A stretch of 64,000 bases of DNA from Chiloscyllium plagiosum (GCF_004010195.1 NC_057718.1:102068059-102132058), one strand, 5' to 3'; shown: positions 1 to 12,900, counted from the first letter of the stretch. The notes: a model not told the origin generated them from the letters alone. A program made the numbers and translations.

Positions 1-1190
1 TCCTTTGGTCCCTTCTCTTCCATTTCCTCCGTCTGTCCTGAAGGAGCTTGGATCGGCTGCTGCATCTCCCCGCTGTCTGCCGTCTGCTCCGCTACAGCCT
101 GCCCTTCCTTCTGGGTGCCTCCAGACACCGTTTCCGTGCTGTTTTGTGGTACCTTGCTGGTCTTGGGCGGTTCACGGCTCGTGTTGCCACCTCCGGCCAT
201 CTGTGCGTAGTTGGCGGCCCCTCGTCTTGGGCAGGCCTTGTACATGTGGCCCGCCTCTCCGCACAGATTACAGTTTTGGCCTCCTTACTTTCCTTGGTCG
301 GGTGGCCTTCCTGCTTGCAATTTCGGCAGATGGTCACCTTGCAATCCGCCGCCATGTGGCCTGACCTCCCGCAGGTTCGGCACACTTTTGGCTGCCCTGC
401 GTATGTCAGGTAACCTCTGCTTCCTCCGATGGCAAAGCTGGAGGGTGGGTGGAGGATGTTCCCACTGGCATCGACCCTCAGGGTTACCCTGACCTGTCGT
501 TTGCTGGTCCAGATCCCGAAAGGATCGATCACATCGGTACTCTCTCCCTCGACCTGGACGTATCTTCTCAAGAAGGTCAGGACATCTGCCGCTGGGACGT
601 GAGGGTTGTACATCTGGATTGTTACAACCCGACTCCTCTGCGCAGGAAGCACACACAACGGGACCGCCAACAAAATGGAGAACAGAGGTTCCCCTTCCTT
701 CTCCTTGAAGACCTTCAGGAGCTGCTCACAATTCTTCATGCTCCTGAAGGTCACATCGAAATAGCCTGCCCCAGGGAAATCCTGCAGGCAGTACACGTCC
801 GCTGCTTCAAACCCACAGCAGTCCAGCAAAATCTTCTTCACAAATACTGTCCGATCGATCGGTGTGTGCTCCTCCACCTACTTCACAGTCACCCTGATTG
901 TGTTGCGAATGCCCTGGCCAGGGCTGCGAGCGGCTGCTGAGGCCATAGCTCTGACGTTAGGCCGAAGCCAGCATAAAGATCCACCAAGAGCAGGTCAGCA
1001 CAACCAAACGATCCTCCAACGTCCAATCACAATCCAGCGATGGTCTCCAGCAGCTCCGAGGACTCGCAGCACGATCCCCGCGGTTTCTCCCCCGCCAGCA
1101 CACGTCCGCTGCATCGCACCGACAGAACTCGAGCAGAATCTCTTCCTCTGGTCCTCAGGAACTACCCATATTCTGAGCCAAAAGGCCGAG
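1..1190 (-). mobile_element. 5' part (5'UTR plus ORF1) of a Tx1/L1-clade non-LTR retrotransposon; ORF1 is a ZCCHC3-like gag-type zinc-knuckle protein, now disrupted; runs off the left edge
   Basis: ATG at 946 reads MASAAARSPGQGIRNTIRVTVK, then an in-frame TAG (880-878), then the 92..877 ORF with knuckle CRTCGRSGHMAADC and a degenerate CRNCKQEGHPTKES. A third knuckle, CNLCGEAGHMYKAC, lies in a shifted frame near 270. Confidence 0.85.
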
Positions 1191-2340
1191 AAGCGATAGC
1201 CAATCAAGTAACAAAATCAGCAGAATATCAACTTACATGAAGAAAGGGAAGCTTGAAAAGTCCACAGTATTAGTTGAGAACAGTATCTTTTATGTAATGT
1301 CCACTCTCTCATTAGCATTTCAACTCCCTTTGGTTATTATAGCCATTGACAAGTCATTGACATATGATCTGTGTGTAATTCACAGTGACAGACTGCGCAC
1401 TGCACTCTGGTAAAGTCCTGTGCTTACTGGAATACACTTACTGGTCCCATTGTTATAGTGATGACTCAACTTAATGCACAGAACAGCAAATTAAATTCCA
1501 ACACTTCCCAGCTGTGTCTCTCAGAGAGTGCACTTAAAATGGTAATAAGATCGGCACATACACTTTACTTCTGGGTGAGTGTGAGGAGTGATTAGAGGTT
1601 GCATGATTTGAAATTCATGGGACATCTGCTACATTCTGTTGTTATGATTCCCCAATAGGAGACATGTAAATTGAAATATCCAAATTCACTCAATTGATGC
1701 CCAAATGAAAAACACAACCAACATGACTCCATTTTTGTACTTTTTAACATGAGTCAGAACCAATGCAAATGAAACATGAAACATTAACATGAAAGTGCCC
1801 AGTGAGTACATCATAACACAGCCAGTGCATTTACAAACTTGTTCAGAAGTTCAGATTAAATTATATAAAACCAGAATGCTTTGCATTGACAACTCCAAAC
1901 CAGCTGAGTATTGGTATATCCTTTGCCATCAGTGCTGTTACAAGATTATGTGTGCGCTCTCTTCAGAGTTTTTTTAAAACAGTGCCCTGAGATTAAGCCT
2001 GCACCTATCAACAGCATTCTTAATGCTAACACAACTGTGGAATCCTACAAGAATAAATAAATGAAACATTTACTGAGTTGTTAGGTTACTGATGTGAACT
2101 CAGCAATGACAGAATGAAAGGCTGAAATTTATAAACCATCACTTAACTCTTTTGAAGATTTTATCATTGCAGCATAGAGATGTAAATATAGCAAAGAAAC
2201 ACGTTTATATCCAATTAAGTAAACTGTGCAAAACGTAAATCGAACACACTACAACCTCCCAACTCCATCAACTTCCTGCTTAAAATGTTACGGCACTTTT
2301 CAAAATCTCATAGCAATACAAAGGAACCTCAATTATCTGA

Positions 2341-4674
2341 ATGGATGGACAGGACTGGCAGCTTAATGTTCCAGGATACAAATGCTACAGAAAGGGAGGC
2401 AAGAGAGGAGGGGGAGTGGCGTTTTTGGTAAGGGATAGCATTACAGCTGTACTGAGGGAGGATATTCCTGGACATACATCCAGGGAAGTTATTTGTGTGG
2501 AACTCAGAAATAAGAAAGAGATGATCAGCTTATTGGGATTGTATTATAGACCCCTTAATAGTCAGAGGGAAATTGAGAAACAAATTTGTAAGAAGATCTC
2601 AGCTATCTGTAAGAATAATAGGGTGGTTATGGTAGGGGATTTTATCTTTCCAAACATAGACTGGGACTGCCATAGTATTAAGGGTTTAGATGGAGAGGAA
2701 TTTGATAAGTGCATACAAGAAAATTTTCTGATTCAATATGTGCATGTATTTGCTAGAGAAGGTGCAAAGTTGACCTACTCTTGGGAAATAAGGCAGGGCA
2801 GGTGACTGAGGCGTCATTGGGGTAGCATTTTGGGGCCAGCGACCATAATTCCATTAGATTTAAAATAGTGATGGAAAAGGATAGACCAGATCTAAAAGTT
2901 GAAGTTCTAAACTAGAGAAAGGCCAATTTTGACGGTATTAGGCAAGAACTTTCAAAAGCTGATTGGGGGCAGATGTTTGCAGGTAAAGTGACAGCTAGAA
3001 AATGGGAAGCCTTCAGAAATGAGATAATGAGAATCCAAAGAAAGTATATTTCTGTTAGGGTGAAAGGATAGGCTGGTAGGTATAGGGAATGCTGGATGAC
3101 TAAAGAAATTGGGGGTTTGGTTAAGAAAAAGAAGGAAGCATATGTCAGGTATAGACAGGTTAGATCGAGTGAATCCTTAGAAGAATTTAAAGGCAGTAGG
3201 AGTATACTTAAGAGGGAAATCAGGAGGGCAAAAAGGGNNNNNNNNNNNNNNNNNNNNNNNNNNNNNNNNNNNNNNNNNNNNNNNNNNNNNNNNNNNNNNN
3301 NNNNNNNNNNNNNNNNNNNNNNNNNNNNNNNNNNNNNNNNNNNNNNNNNNNNNNNNNNNNNNNNNNNNNNNNNNNNNNNNNNNNNNNNNNNNNNNNNNNN
3401 NNNNNNNNNNNNNNNNNNNNNNNNNNNNNNNNNNNNNNNNNNNNNNNNNNNNNNNNNNNNNNNNNNNNNNNNNNNNNNNNNNNNNNNNNNNNNNNNNNNN
3501 NNNNNNNNNNNNNNNNNNNNNNNNNNNNNNNNNNNNNNNNNNNNNNNNNNNNNNNNNNNNNNNNNNNNNNNNNNNNNNNNNNNNNNNNNNNNNNNNNNNN
3601 NNNNNNNNNNNNNNNNNNNNNNNNNNNNNNNNNNNNNNNNNNNNNNNNNNNNNNNNNNNNNNNNNNNNNNNNNNNNNNNNNNNNNNNNNNNNNNNNNNNN
3701 NNNNNNNNNNNNNNNNNNNNNNNNNNNNNNNNNNNNNNNNNNNNNNNNNNNNNNNNNNNNNNNNNNNNNNNNNNNNNNNNNNNNNNNNNNNNNNNNNNNN
3801 NNNNNNNNNNNNNNNNNNNNNNNNNNNNNNNNNNNNNNNNNNNNNNNNNNNNNNNNNNNNNNNNNNNNNNNNNNNNNNNNNNNNNNNNNNNNNNNNNNNN
3901 NNNNNNNNNNNNNNNNNNNNNNNNNNNNNNNNNNNNNNNNNNNNNNNNNNNNNNNNNNNNNNNNNNNNNNNNNNNNNNNNNNNNNNNNNNNNNNNNNNNN
4001 NNNNNNNNNNNNNNNNNNNNNNNNNNNNNNNNNNNNNNNNTGGTATGCTTTCCTTTATTGGTCAGAGTATTGAGTACAGGAGTTGGGAGGTCATGTCGTG
4101 GCTGTACAGGACATTGGTTAGGCCACTGTTGGAATATTGCATGCAATTCTGGTCTCCTTCCTATCGGAAAGATGTTGTGAAACTTGAAAGGGTTCAGAAA
4201 TGATTGACAGGGATGTTGCCAGGGATGGAGGATTTGAGCTATAGGGAGAAGCTGAACAGGTTGGGGCTGTTTTCCCTGGAGCGTTGGAGGCTGAGGGGTG
4301 ACCTTATAGAGGTTTACAAAATTATGAGGGGCATGGATAGGATAAATAGACAGTCTTTTCCTTGGGGTCAGGGAGTCCAGAACTAGAGGGCATAGGTTTA
4401 GGGTAAGAGGGGAAAGATATAAAAGAGACCTAAGTGCCAAATTTTCACGCAGAGGGTGGTACGTGTATGGAATGACCTGCCAGAGGAAATGGTGGAGGTG
4501 GTACAATTGCAAAATTTAAGAGGCATTTGGATGGGTATATGAATAGGAAGGATTTGGAGGGATATGGGCCAGGTGCTGGCAGATGGGACTAGATTGGGTT
4601 GGAAGATCTGGTCGGCATGGACAGGTTGGACCGAAGGGTCTGTTTCCATGCTGTAAGTCTCTATGACTCTATGA
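2341..4674 (+). mobile_element. CR1-clade LINE (APE endonuclease through RT C-terminus and 3' tail), degenerate, contains an N gap
   Basis: ORF 2341..2805 has APE motifs (GGGVAFLV, LYYRP, MVGDF, NIDWD). After the gap are RT C-terminal motifs (LVRPLLEYCMQFWSP, RLRGDLIEVYKIMRG) and a CTCTATGACTCTATGA tail. Confidence 0.92.
3238..4040. other. assembly gap (N run)
   Basis: Run of N inside a CR1 copy. Confidence 1.
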
Positions 4675-4834
4675 CACGGGCGGGCAGTATTTAATTCGGT
4701 TAACCTAATTCCAGATAATCGAATGCAGAATAGCATAGCTGAGCCGAGCATCAGGACCTTGCGATCTTGCAAGGTAATCTGATATTCGAATAATCGAATG
4801 CCAGGTAATCGAGGTTCCTCTGTATTACTCAACT

Positions 4835-5065
4835 CAAAAGGAACTTACACAGAACCTTTCACGACTTCAACAGCTCTTAAAGCCCTTCACAAACAATGAA
4901 ATATTTTTGAAATATATTTCACTGCTGGATATAGAAACCAATTTACACACAGCAAGCTCCCACAGACAGCAATGTGAAAGTGGCCAGATAATCTATTAGT
5001 GGGATGTTGATTGATGGATAACAATTGACCAGGACACTAAGTGGCTCCTGTGCTCTTCTTCAGAG
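4835..5065 (-). mobile_element. Deu-domain SINE fragment (SacSINE1-like)
   Basis: Contains CACACAGCAAGCTCCCACA...CAGATAATC...GATGTTGATTGATGGATAA...CCAGGACAC, shared with 25060-25240 and 52450-52760 and matching the Deu domain as recalled. Confidence 0.6.
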
Positions 5066-5568
5066 CTAAAACAGCAGCCAATGAACTTGAAAGACCCTAT
5101 ACAGACAACAAGCAAAACTAATGTCATTTAAAATATCATGCAAGGACTGTAACAAACACTACATTGGACAAACAGGCAGAAAACTAGCCACCAGGGTATA
5201 TGAACATCAACTACTCACAAAATGACATGACCCTCTCTCACTAATATCCTTATGTACAGATGAGGAAAGACACCACTTCGACTGGGACAACACATCCACC
5301 CCAGGACAACCAAGCAGAGACACGCACAAGAATTCCTAGAAGCATGGCATTCCAACCAGAACTCTATCAACAAACTAGACCCCATCTACTAACTTCTGAG
5401 AAAAAGAACAGTAAATGACATCACCCACCCAAAGAAACCCAAACACATAAATAGAAAGCAGGAATCAGCAGTAGTGCTTCGCCAGGAGGCTCACTGAAGA
5501 TGTTACCTAGTAGGGTGATGAAACGTCTGGAAATGAGCCTTCCAGTTCAGCGAGCAAACCTACATCCG
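5066..5568 (+). mobile_element. Penelope-like element 3' fragment (GIY-YIG endonuclease plus pseudo-LTR)
   Basis: Translates, with a frameshift, as KDPIQTTSKTNVI..SCKDCNKHYIGQTGRKLATRVYEHQL and later HAQEFLEAWHS. Ends in a hammerhead-like motif. Confidence 0.8.
5491..5531 (+). ncRNA. minimal type I hammerhead ribozyme-like motif in a Penelope pseudo-LTR
   Basis: TCA-CTGAAGA-TGTTACCTAGTAGGGTGAT-GAAA-CGTC-TGG: CUGANGA box, stem II GTTACC/GGTGAT, GAAA, GUC cleavage triplet, short stem I TCA/TGG. Confidence 0.6.
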
Positions 5569-5570
5569 GA

Positions 5571-7805
5571 GAGCTACACAGCTGAGGGGGAGCTACACAG
5601 CTGAGGGAGCGATACACGGCTGAGGGAGAGCCACACGGCTGAGGGAGAGCTACACAGCTGAGGGAGAGCTACACAGCTGAGGGAGTGCTACATGGCTGAG
5701 GGAGCGCTACACGGCTAAGGGGGTGTCATACAGCTGAGGGACAGCTACACAGCTGAGGGACCGCTACACGGCTGAGGGAGCGATACACGGCTGAGGGAGA
5801 GCTACACGGCTGAGAGACAGCTACAGGGCTGAGGGAGAGCTACATGGCTGAGAGACAGCTACATGGCTGAGGGAGCGCTACACGGCTGAGGGAGACCTAC
5901 ACGGCTGAGGGAGCACTACATGGCTGAGGGAGAGCTACACAGCTGAGGCAGAGCTACACGGCTGATGGAGAGCTACACGGCTGAGGGAGAGCTACATGGC
6001 TGAGGGAGAGCTACACAGCCGATGGAGAGCTACACGGCTAAGGGACAGCTACATGGCTGATGGAGAGCTACACAGCTGAGGGACAGCTACACAGCTGAGG
6101 GACAGCTACACAGTTAAGGGAGTGCTACACAGCTGAGGGACAGCTACACAGAGAGCTACACGGCTGTGGGAGCACTACATGGCTGAGGGACAGCTACATG
6201 GCTGAGGGAGTGCTACACGGCTGAGGGACAGCTACACGGCTGAGGGAGAGCTACACGGCTGTGGGAGCACTACATGGCTGAGGGACAGCTACATGGCTGA
6301 GGGAGCACTACACGGCTGAGGGGGTGTCATACAGCTGAGGGACAGCTACACAGCTGAGGGAGCGCTACACGGCTGAGGGAGCGATACACGGCTGAGGGAG
6401 AGCTACACGGCTGAGAGACAGCTACAGGGCTGAGGGAGAGGTACACGACTGAGAGACAGCTACAGGGCTGAGGGAGCGCTACACGGCTGAGGGAGACCTA
6501 CACGGCTGAGGGAGCACTACACGGCTGAGCGAGAGCTACACAGCTGAGGCAGAGCTACATGGCTGAGGGAGAGCTACACGGCTGAGGGAGAGCTACACAG
6601 CCGATGGAGAGCTACACGGCTAAGGGACAGCTACATGGCTGATGGAGAGCTACACAGCTGAGGGACAGCTACACAGTTGAGGGACAGCTACACGGCTGAT
6701 GGAGAGCTACACAGCTAAGGGAGTGCTACACGGCTGAGGGACAGCTACACAGCTGAGGGAGAGCTACACGGCTGAGGGAGTGCTACACGGCTGATGGAGA
6801 GCTACACAGCTAAGGGAGTGCTACACGGCTGAGGGAGAGCTACACGGCTGAGGGAGTGCTACACGGCTGAGGGAATGCTACACGGCTGAGGGAGCGCTAC
6901 ACGGCTGAGGGAGTGCTACACGGCTGAGGGACAGCTACACGGCTGAGGGAGAGCTACACAGCTAAGGGAGTGCTACATGGCTGAGGGACAGCTACACGGC
7001 TGAGGGAGAGCTACACGGCTGTGGGAGCAGTACATGGCTGAGGGACAGGTACACAGCTAAGGGAATGCTACACAGCTGAGGGACAGCTACACGGCTGAGG
7101 GAGCGCTACACGGCTGAGGGACAGCTACACGGCTGAGGGAGCGCTACACGGCTGAGGGAGTGCTACACAGCTGAGGGACAGCTACACGGCTGAGGGAGAG
7201 CTACACAGCTAAGGGAGTGCTACATGGCTGAGGGACAGCTACACGGCTGAGGGAGAGCTACACGGCTGTGGGAGCAGTACATGGCTGAGGGACAGGTACA
7301 CAGCTAAGGGAATGCTACACAGCTGAGGGACAGCTACACGGCTGAGGGAGAGCTACACGGCTGTGGGAGCACTACATGGCTGAGGGACAGCTACACGGCT
7401 GATGGAACGCTACACGGCTGAGGGACAGCTACATATTTGAGGGAGAGCTACATGGCTGATGGAGAGCTACACGGCTGAGGGAGTGCTACACGGCTGAGGG
7501 ACAGCTACACGGCTGAGGGAGTGCTACACAGCTGAGGGAGTGCTACAAGGTTGAGGGACAGCTACACGGCTGAGGGAGTGCTATAAGGCTGAGGTAGAGC
7601 TACATGGCTGATGGAGAGCTACACGGCTGAGGTAGAGCTACACGGCTGAGGGACAGCTACACGGCTGAGGGAGTGCTACACGGCTGAGGGACAGCTACAC
7701 GGCTGAGGGAGTGCTACACGACTGAGGGACAGCTACACAGCTGAGGGACAGCTACACAGCTGAGGGACAGCTACATGGCTGAGGGAGTGCTACATGGCTG
7801 AGGGT
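5571..7805 (+). repeat. 19-bp minisatellite (GCTACACGGCTGAGGGAGA and variants), roughly 115-120 units
   Basis: Tandem array visible directly. Confidence 0.98.
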
Positions 7806-8240
7806 GCTGTCTTCCAGATGAAAAAATAAATCAAAGTCTCATCAACCCCTGAGATGTGGATGTAGCCGGCACCAACAGTCTCCTAATGTGCTGGCTAATA
7901 TTAACTTCTTAATCTTTATTATTTGAAAAACAAATCACCAGCAGTGTTGCGATATTAGTGAAGAAAGCATTCAGCCTGTTTGCCAGGGAGTGTATCTGAC
8001 TGGATTCTGAGGGAGCTACTGTGGTGCTTTCACAGACCCGCACAACTCAATGCTGTATCTCTTCAGAACAATTGGAGTGTAAAGTCCTTCTCACCAGCAT
8101 GTCTGATTGCTCAGTAATTGGACTATCACAGCCGCAGGGCTGGCTTCTATTACAAAAGCATCACACTTCAAAAGAGCTATGATGGCTCTGAAGCACTTTG
8201 AGATGGCCCGAGATGGTGATGTATTAATGTCTATATCTTT
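7786..8240 (+). mobile_element. Deu-domain SINE body continuing from the right end of the minisatellite
   Basis: GAGGGTGCTGTCTTCCAGATG...GTGGATGT...TGTGCTGGCTAATATT...ATTACAAAAGCATCACACTTCAAAAG...GAAGCACTTTGAGATG resembles the Deu-SINE sequence order as recalled. Confidence 0.6.
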
Positions 8241-9219
8241 CTAATCAAAGACAACCATCAAACAGAACAAAGCTTTCATCTAAGTTCTGAAGTAAACAGG
8301 AAATGCTGGAAATATTCATCAGATCATGCCCCATCGGTGGAGAGAGAAACCAAACTCTTCTGAAGAACAGTGTACTTCGACTCAAAATGTTAAGTCTCCA
8401 GCACTCTCTGTTTTCATTTCAGATTCGCAGCATGTGCAGTATTTTGCTTAATTCCCATTCATTCCTGACCTGTCCCCCTGATGCTCAACTCCCAGGTAAT
8501 GTGGCATTCATTCTGATTCAGTAGCTATTCTCTTGAAGGATGGCTAATATTCCGGGGGGAATTTCAAACTGGTGCTCTCATACCTCGTTTAAATGTTCCA
8601 GCTGAATTTTATTGTTATCTATTGGCTGAAGAAGTGGCAATCGAATGTGAGACCACCAGCTATTGCCCCTCTCTAACAGCCCTTGGAAAGGACTCACTGC
8701 ACCCGATGAGGGGGCAGCGCTCTGAAAGCTTGTGATTTCAAATAAACCTGTTGGACTGTAAGCTGGTGTCTTGTGACTTCTGACCTCGCCCTTGAGAAGG
8801 TGGTAGTGAACTGCAAATACAATCCGCATGGCACTTTATTGTCAACAAATGTTTTCCTTCATAATCAGAAAAAGATGACCTGCATGTGATGGTCCAACAA
8901 AAAGCCATTTTTAACGCTCCAGAATTGAAGAGGATGGTCCTCCCCCTCCATTCCGACCACCACCATGATTTGTGCATATGTTCATGAATAATATTGAATT
9001 TCACAGTAAGCTTAGATGGAAGTCTCTGTCATGCACCTGCTCTTGGTAAAAAGACTATGGATTGGTTTATGATGCATACAGACAAGGTAAAGACTTCCCA
9101 CACCATAAGGCTGCTCTCTTATTAGAGAGAGAGACAACAGGCTGTGGTTTAACCTAAGGGTCACCACACCTCAGATGAGGGGACAGGTTGAGCAGAGAAT
9201 CCTTGATGATAGCCATGAA

Positions 9220-9540
9220 GGGGAGATGATGATCTATTATCACAGGATACGTACTCTACAGTAATGTTCTGGGCACCTAGGTTCAAATCCTGCCATGGCG
9301 GAATTGGAATTCAATAAAAATATGGAATTAAGAGTCTAATGATGTCCATGAGTCGATTGTCAGGAAAAACCCATCTAGTCCCACTTTAGGGAATGAAACT
9401 GCCATCCTTACCTGGTCTGTACTACATGTGACTCCACACCCATAGTAATGGGTTGACTCTTCACGGCCCTCTGGGTAATTAGGGATGGGCAATATGATGA
9501 CCTAGCGATGGACACCCACGTCATGGGAAGGAATACAAAA
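9220..9540 (+). mobile_element. tRNA-head SINE of a second family (3' tail GGGCAATTAGGGATGGGCAA); related copies at ~20250-20570, 35170-35345, 42945-43360, 54170-54360 and 57560-57870
   Basis: B-box-like GGTTCAAATCC and a shared body TGACTCCA(G/C)ACCCA...GTTGACTCTT...GCCCTCTG. The 3' tail matches the end of the LINE at 43350-45885. Confidence 0.65.
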
Positions 9541-10429
9541 ACATCACCTAGTGTGGGAGTTGAGCCCATGGTATTGGCATCACACTGCATTACAAACCAG
9601 CTGTCCAGCCAACTGAGCTAACTTGACTTGAACTGTTAACTCTGCTTCTCTCTGCAGAGTTTCTCCAGCATGTTCGGTGTTTGTTTCAGCATCTGCAGTA
9701 TTTTACTTTTATTTGTTTTTGCTACATTTCTGTTTTATGGATAAATTATATAGACTAATATATCCCTCCCTAAATCTCTCCACACCACTGCACACATTCG
9801 GACTTCCTTTCAAATCTCCCCCACTTTTGGCTATGCTTTTAAGTCACCTGTTCTGATGCATCCGTTTGTAGCTTGGGGTCAAGTTCTGTTTGACTACACT
9901 CCTCTGAAGTACATTGGGGATGTTTCATTATGCCAAAGTACAGTATAATGAGAATTCATATGTCAATGACATGATACAAACAAGAGGAGGCTACTTGGCC
10001 CTTTAAGCCTGCTGTACCATTCAATAAGATTGTGACTGATCTGATTTTAACCAGTAGTCTACATTTCTGCATCTCCTCGATAATCTTTCATCCCCCTGGC
10101 CATCAAGAATCCACTTTCTTCTGCCTTAAAAATATTTACATGATAATGTACAAGATGATGGAACTGTGTGGTCAGCAGTCACGTGATACGATGGTTCTGA
10201 GGATTGAGAGCACGGCGTTATGGGGATCACTGTGACCTGTAATATTCTGGAAATAAGGGAGTTAGCTTCAACTCCCAGAGGACAGGTAATAGTGAAGCTT
10301 AGGGAAGGCAGAAATGTAGATGTAATACACAAAGAGTGGAGACTGTAGAGTGCATTGATTGGCATCCAACCTAACAATTCAACATATATTCCCCTTACCA
10401 CCAATATACAGTGTTAGTAATGATTACCA

Positions 10430-10760
10430 TTTGCAAAATGCCCCTGTAACGATATGACAGGCTCCTTAGACAGCAACTTCCATACCTGTGATCTCTACCA
10501 TCTCGAAGGACAAGGGCAGCAGATTTATAGGAGCATCATAAAGTTCCCTCCGAGTCACTCACCATCCTGACTTGGAAATATATCATTGTTCCTTCTCTGT
10601 TGCTGGGGCAAAATCCTGGAACTCTGTCCCAAACAGCATCGTGGGTACAAGTACACCGCGTGAGCCTCAGAGGTTCAAGAAGGCGGCTTACCATTAACCT
10701 TCTTAAGGATGGGCCATAAATGTTGGCCCAGTCAGTAATACCCATATCCAGAAAACAAAA
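10430..10760 (+). mobile_element. 3' fragment of the CR1/L2-group LINE family seen at 43350-45885
   Basis: GAAGGACAAGGGCAGCAGAT...CACTCACCATCCTGACTTGGAAATATATC...AAAATCCTGGAACTC is near-identical to 45610-45800. Confidence 0.8.
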
Positions 10761-11103
10761 CGATAGAGTCTAACAGAGCAGTCCGTCAGCAGCAGAGAAT
10801 AGAGCTCTGAGTCCCAAAACACACGGCAACCTAACCCACAAGGATTAACCAACTAAGGATTGTTACAAAAAAAGATAAGGATGCTAAGTAAATGCAAACT
10901 GCAGCTAATGTTGAAATTATAATACCATATGATTGACAATATGCTATTTGCAATTGTATTATCAATAAAATGCACTTCACACTGATAGCTGCCTACCATA
11001 TACTATTCCTTGTGATTGTACAGGACATTGCATGTCTTGGTCTCAGTTTTCCAATTACCATAGTGTCTGACAGAAAGCTTTTCCTCAGTTTGTTACCTCT
11101 CAC

Positions 11104-11237
11104 CATTTGGTGCATTGTTCCTTGAGGTGACATTGGATGTATATTGTTCGGGAATTAACCTATTCATACCAAAGTGAGTTTCGCCATTCCATAAGGAAGT
11201 CTAACCGGGATAAAGTTGCTGAGCACCAGAACTCCTG
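11104..11237 (-). CDS. weak candidate downstream exon of the minus-strand gene; boundaries and frame unresolved
   Basis: Strong acceptor ttccttgtatcttgtcgcag|GAG at 11237 with donor TTG|GTATGA gives VLVLSNFIPVRLPYGMAKLTL. Alternatively acceptor cccggttag with donor ATG|GTGAGA at 11104 gives TSLWNGETHFGMNRLIPEQYTSNVTSRNNAPN. Confidence 0.25.
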
Positions 11238-11788
11238 CGACAAGATACAAGGAACACAGACCAGGAAGAAAAAGCCGCAATAGCAAAGATTACCATCTGA
11301 TCACCAACACCTGCTTCCTGTCGAACAGCGGGAGAGTACAAGGGGAAAGGGGAAAGTTCCATTGCATCTTTTTATAACTCCAGGACCCACATTAAATCAC
11401 TGACAACTTTGGAAATCGGAATGGTCTGCAGATGCTGCATCTCACCAATGCATAGCTAATTCCTGTGATAATGCCTACATGGTTGATGGGGAATCGCTAA
11501 TTATTCTCCCTGTGGTGTTTTTTGAGTATGCATTCTCTTGGTAATAGGCAACAGCCCACCCAACTGGAACTCATCACCTGAACCCTTTCTTAAGCAGACT
11601 CAGAGAAGAACTAGCAACATTGTCTATCCTGGACTAGCTGCATGCACCACGTGTAATGGCCCTCTTTTGGTGTCACAATAAATGATGTGTCTTTCCAGTC
11701 AGGTTTCCTGGGTTATTATAACTCCCTTACACTTTTCTGTTCAAATCTGTTTTTAAATCAAACCCACATTTAAGTTGCTACAGGTGGT

Positions 11789-12029
11789 CTACACACTGCA
11801 ATTGTAGCAAAAGCCAGTGAGTTGGATCCATCTGAGTGTCAGTTCTACGCACAATAGAGCTTTCTGAAGTCTGCATGTGTGATTGCTAACTCTGGCACTG
11901 AAACTGTATGCTACATTGGTATTGTTACCACGCGGTTCACATTCAATATTTCTGACACACGGCAGAGCATTCAACTCCCTTGCAATATTGTTTGAGATCA
12001 AAATGAATTCTTCCCCACTGGTTTTCTTC
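11789..12029 (-). CDS. candidate exon, SEA-domain-like: KKTSGEEFILISNNIARELNALPCVRNIECEPRGNNTNVAYSFSARVSNHTCRLQKALLCVELTLRWIQLTGFCYNCSV
   Basis: Unique sequence with acceptor ctatctatgacag|G at 12029 and a frame open to TAG 11789 (possible donor CA|GTGTGT at 11797). The S-x-E-F-x-x-I-S-x-x-I-x-x-x-L-N pattern resembles the SEA first helix, judged by eye only. Confidence 0.4.
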
Positions 12030-12529
12030 CTGTCATAGATAGTATATTCACAAATGATTGCTGGAGAGAGCAGGCATCATCTGGTGAAACACATTTGAGT
12101 CAAGGGCAGAGGTAATTGGGTTACGTAAACACAGAGAGAAGGTAAGTATATCCCTCAAAATTAAAAAAAAAAACACAAGCTGCACTGGATTACCTTTCTG
12201 TCGTCAGAAAAATGCCCATTATGAATTAAGTACAGAGTGAGTGTTGAACTGTCAAGTCTGTTTCTCTGTAGATGCTGCCAGTCCTGCTGAGTGTTTCAGG
12301 CATTTTCTGTTTTTATTTCAGATTTCCAGCATCTGATGTGAAGAGCTGAATTTTTTAAGGATGTAAATTTTTTTAAAAATCATTTTATGTTTCCTCAACG
12401 GATGTTGGGTTGACCTGAGCATGATCAGGTATTAAAGGTCTCACTAGTGATCGTGGAGACCAGGGACTCAGGAACTCTGCTCCCTGGACACAGGAGAGAC
12501 CACAGTCAGATTACTCCGTACAGTTTAGT

Positions 12530-12900
12530 TTTCCTTCCCAAAGTAAAGAGAAGCCTTCCCTGAGGGGTGTAACACATATTTGCTAAACTGGTTCTGGGGA
12601 TGAGGGAGTTGCCTCATCTGGAGAGATTGAGCAGTCTAGGCCTATATTCACTGGGGTTTCGAAAAATGAGAGGTGGTCCCCCCAAAACCTATGCAATCCA
12701 TACAGACGTTGTGAAAATGCTTTCTCCTGCCTGTGTAAATCCAGAACATAGGGCTCAGTCTTAGAATAAGGGGGTCAGCCTTTTTAGACCCTGATTGAGG
12801 AGACATGTGTACACTCAGAGTGTTTAGAATTCTCCAGCTCAGACAGCAATGGATGCTCAATCAGTGAGTAGATTCCAGACAGAAGCTGAAAAGTTTTCAG
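12530..12900 (+). mobile_element. old CR1 3' fragment
   Basis: Degenerate ERLSSLGLYSLGFRKMRG motif and CR1 3' region. Confidence 0.7.

Larger units (their letters stand above)
2317..4824. mobile_element. Tigger/pogo-like (Tc1-mariner) MITE with TA target duplication, split by a CR1 insertion
   Basis: Left end TA-CAAAGGAACCTCAATTATCTGA (2317-2340). Right end CCAGGTAATCGAGGTTCCTCTG-TA (4801-4824), whose reverse complement CAGAGGAACCTCGATTACCTGG matches the left end at 18/22. Confidence 0.75.

Noticed and set aside
92..877. Host ZCCHC3 gene
   Set aside because: An in-frame stop after the true ATG and a frameshift before the third knuckle indicate a decayed Tx1/L1 ORF1.
3096..4512. Long ORFs spanning N runs (also 16789-17544 and 61086-61985)
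   Set aside because: Artefacts of assembly gaps.
5571..7805. CRISPR-like array
   Set aside because: Head-to-tail 19-mers with no unique spacers, no cas genes, and a vertebrate context. The same applies to the other two arrays.
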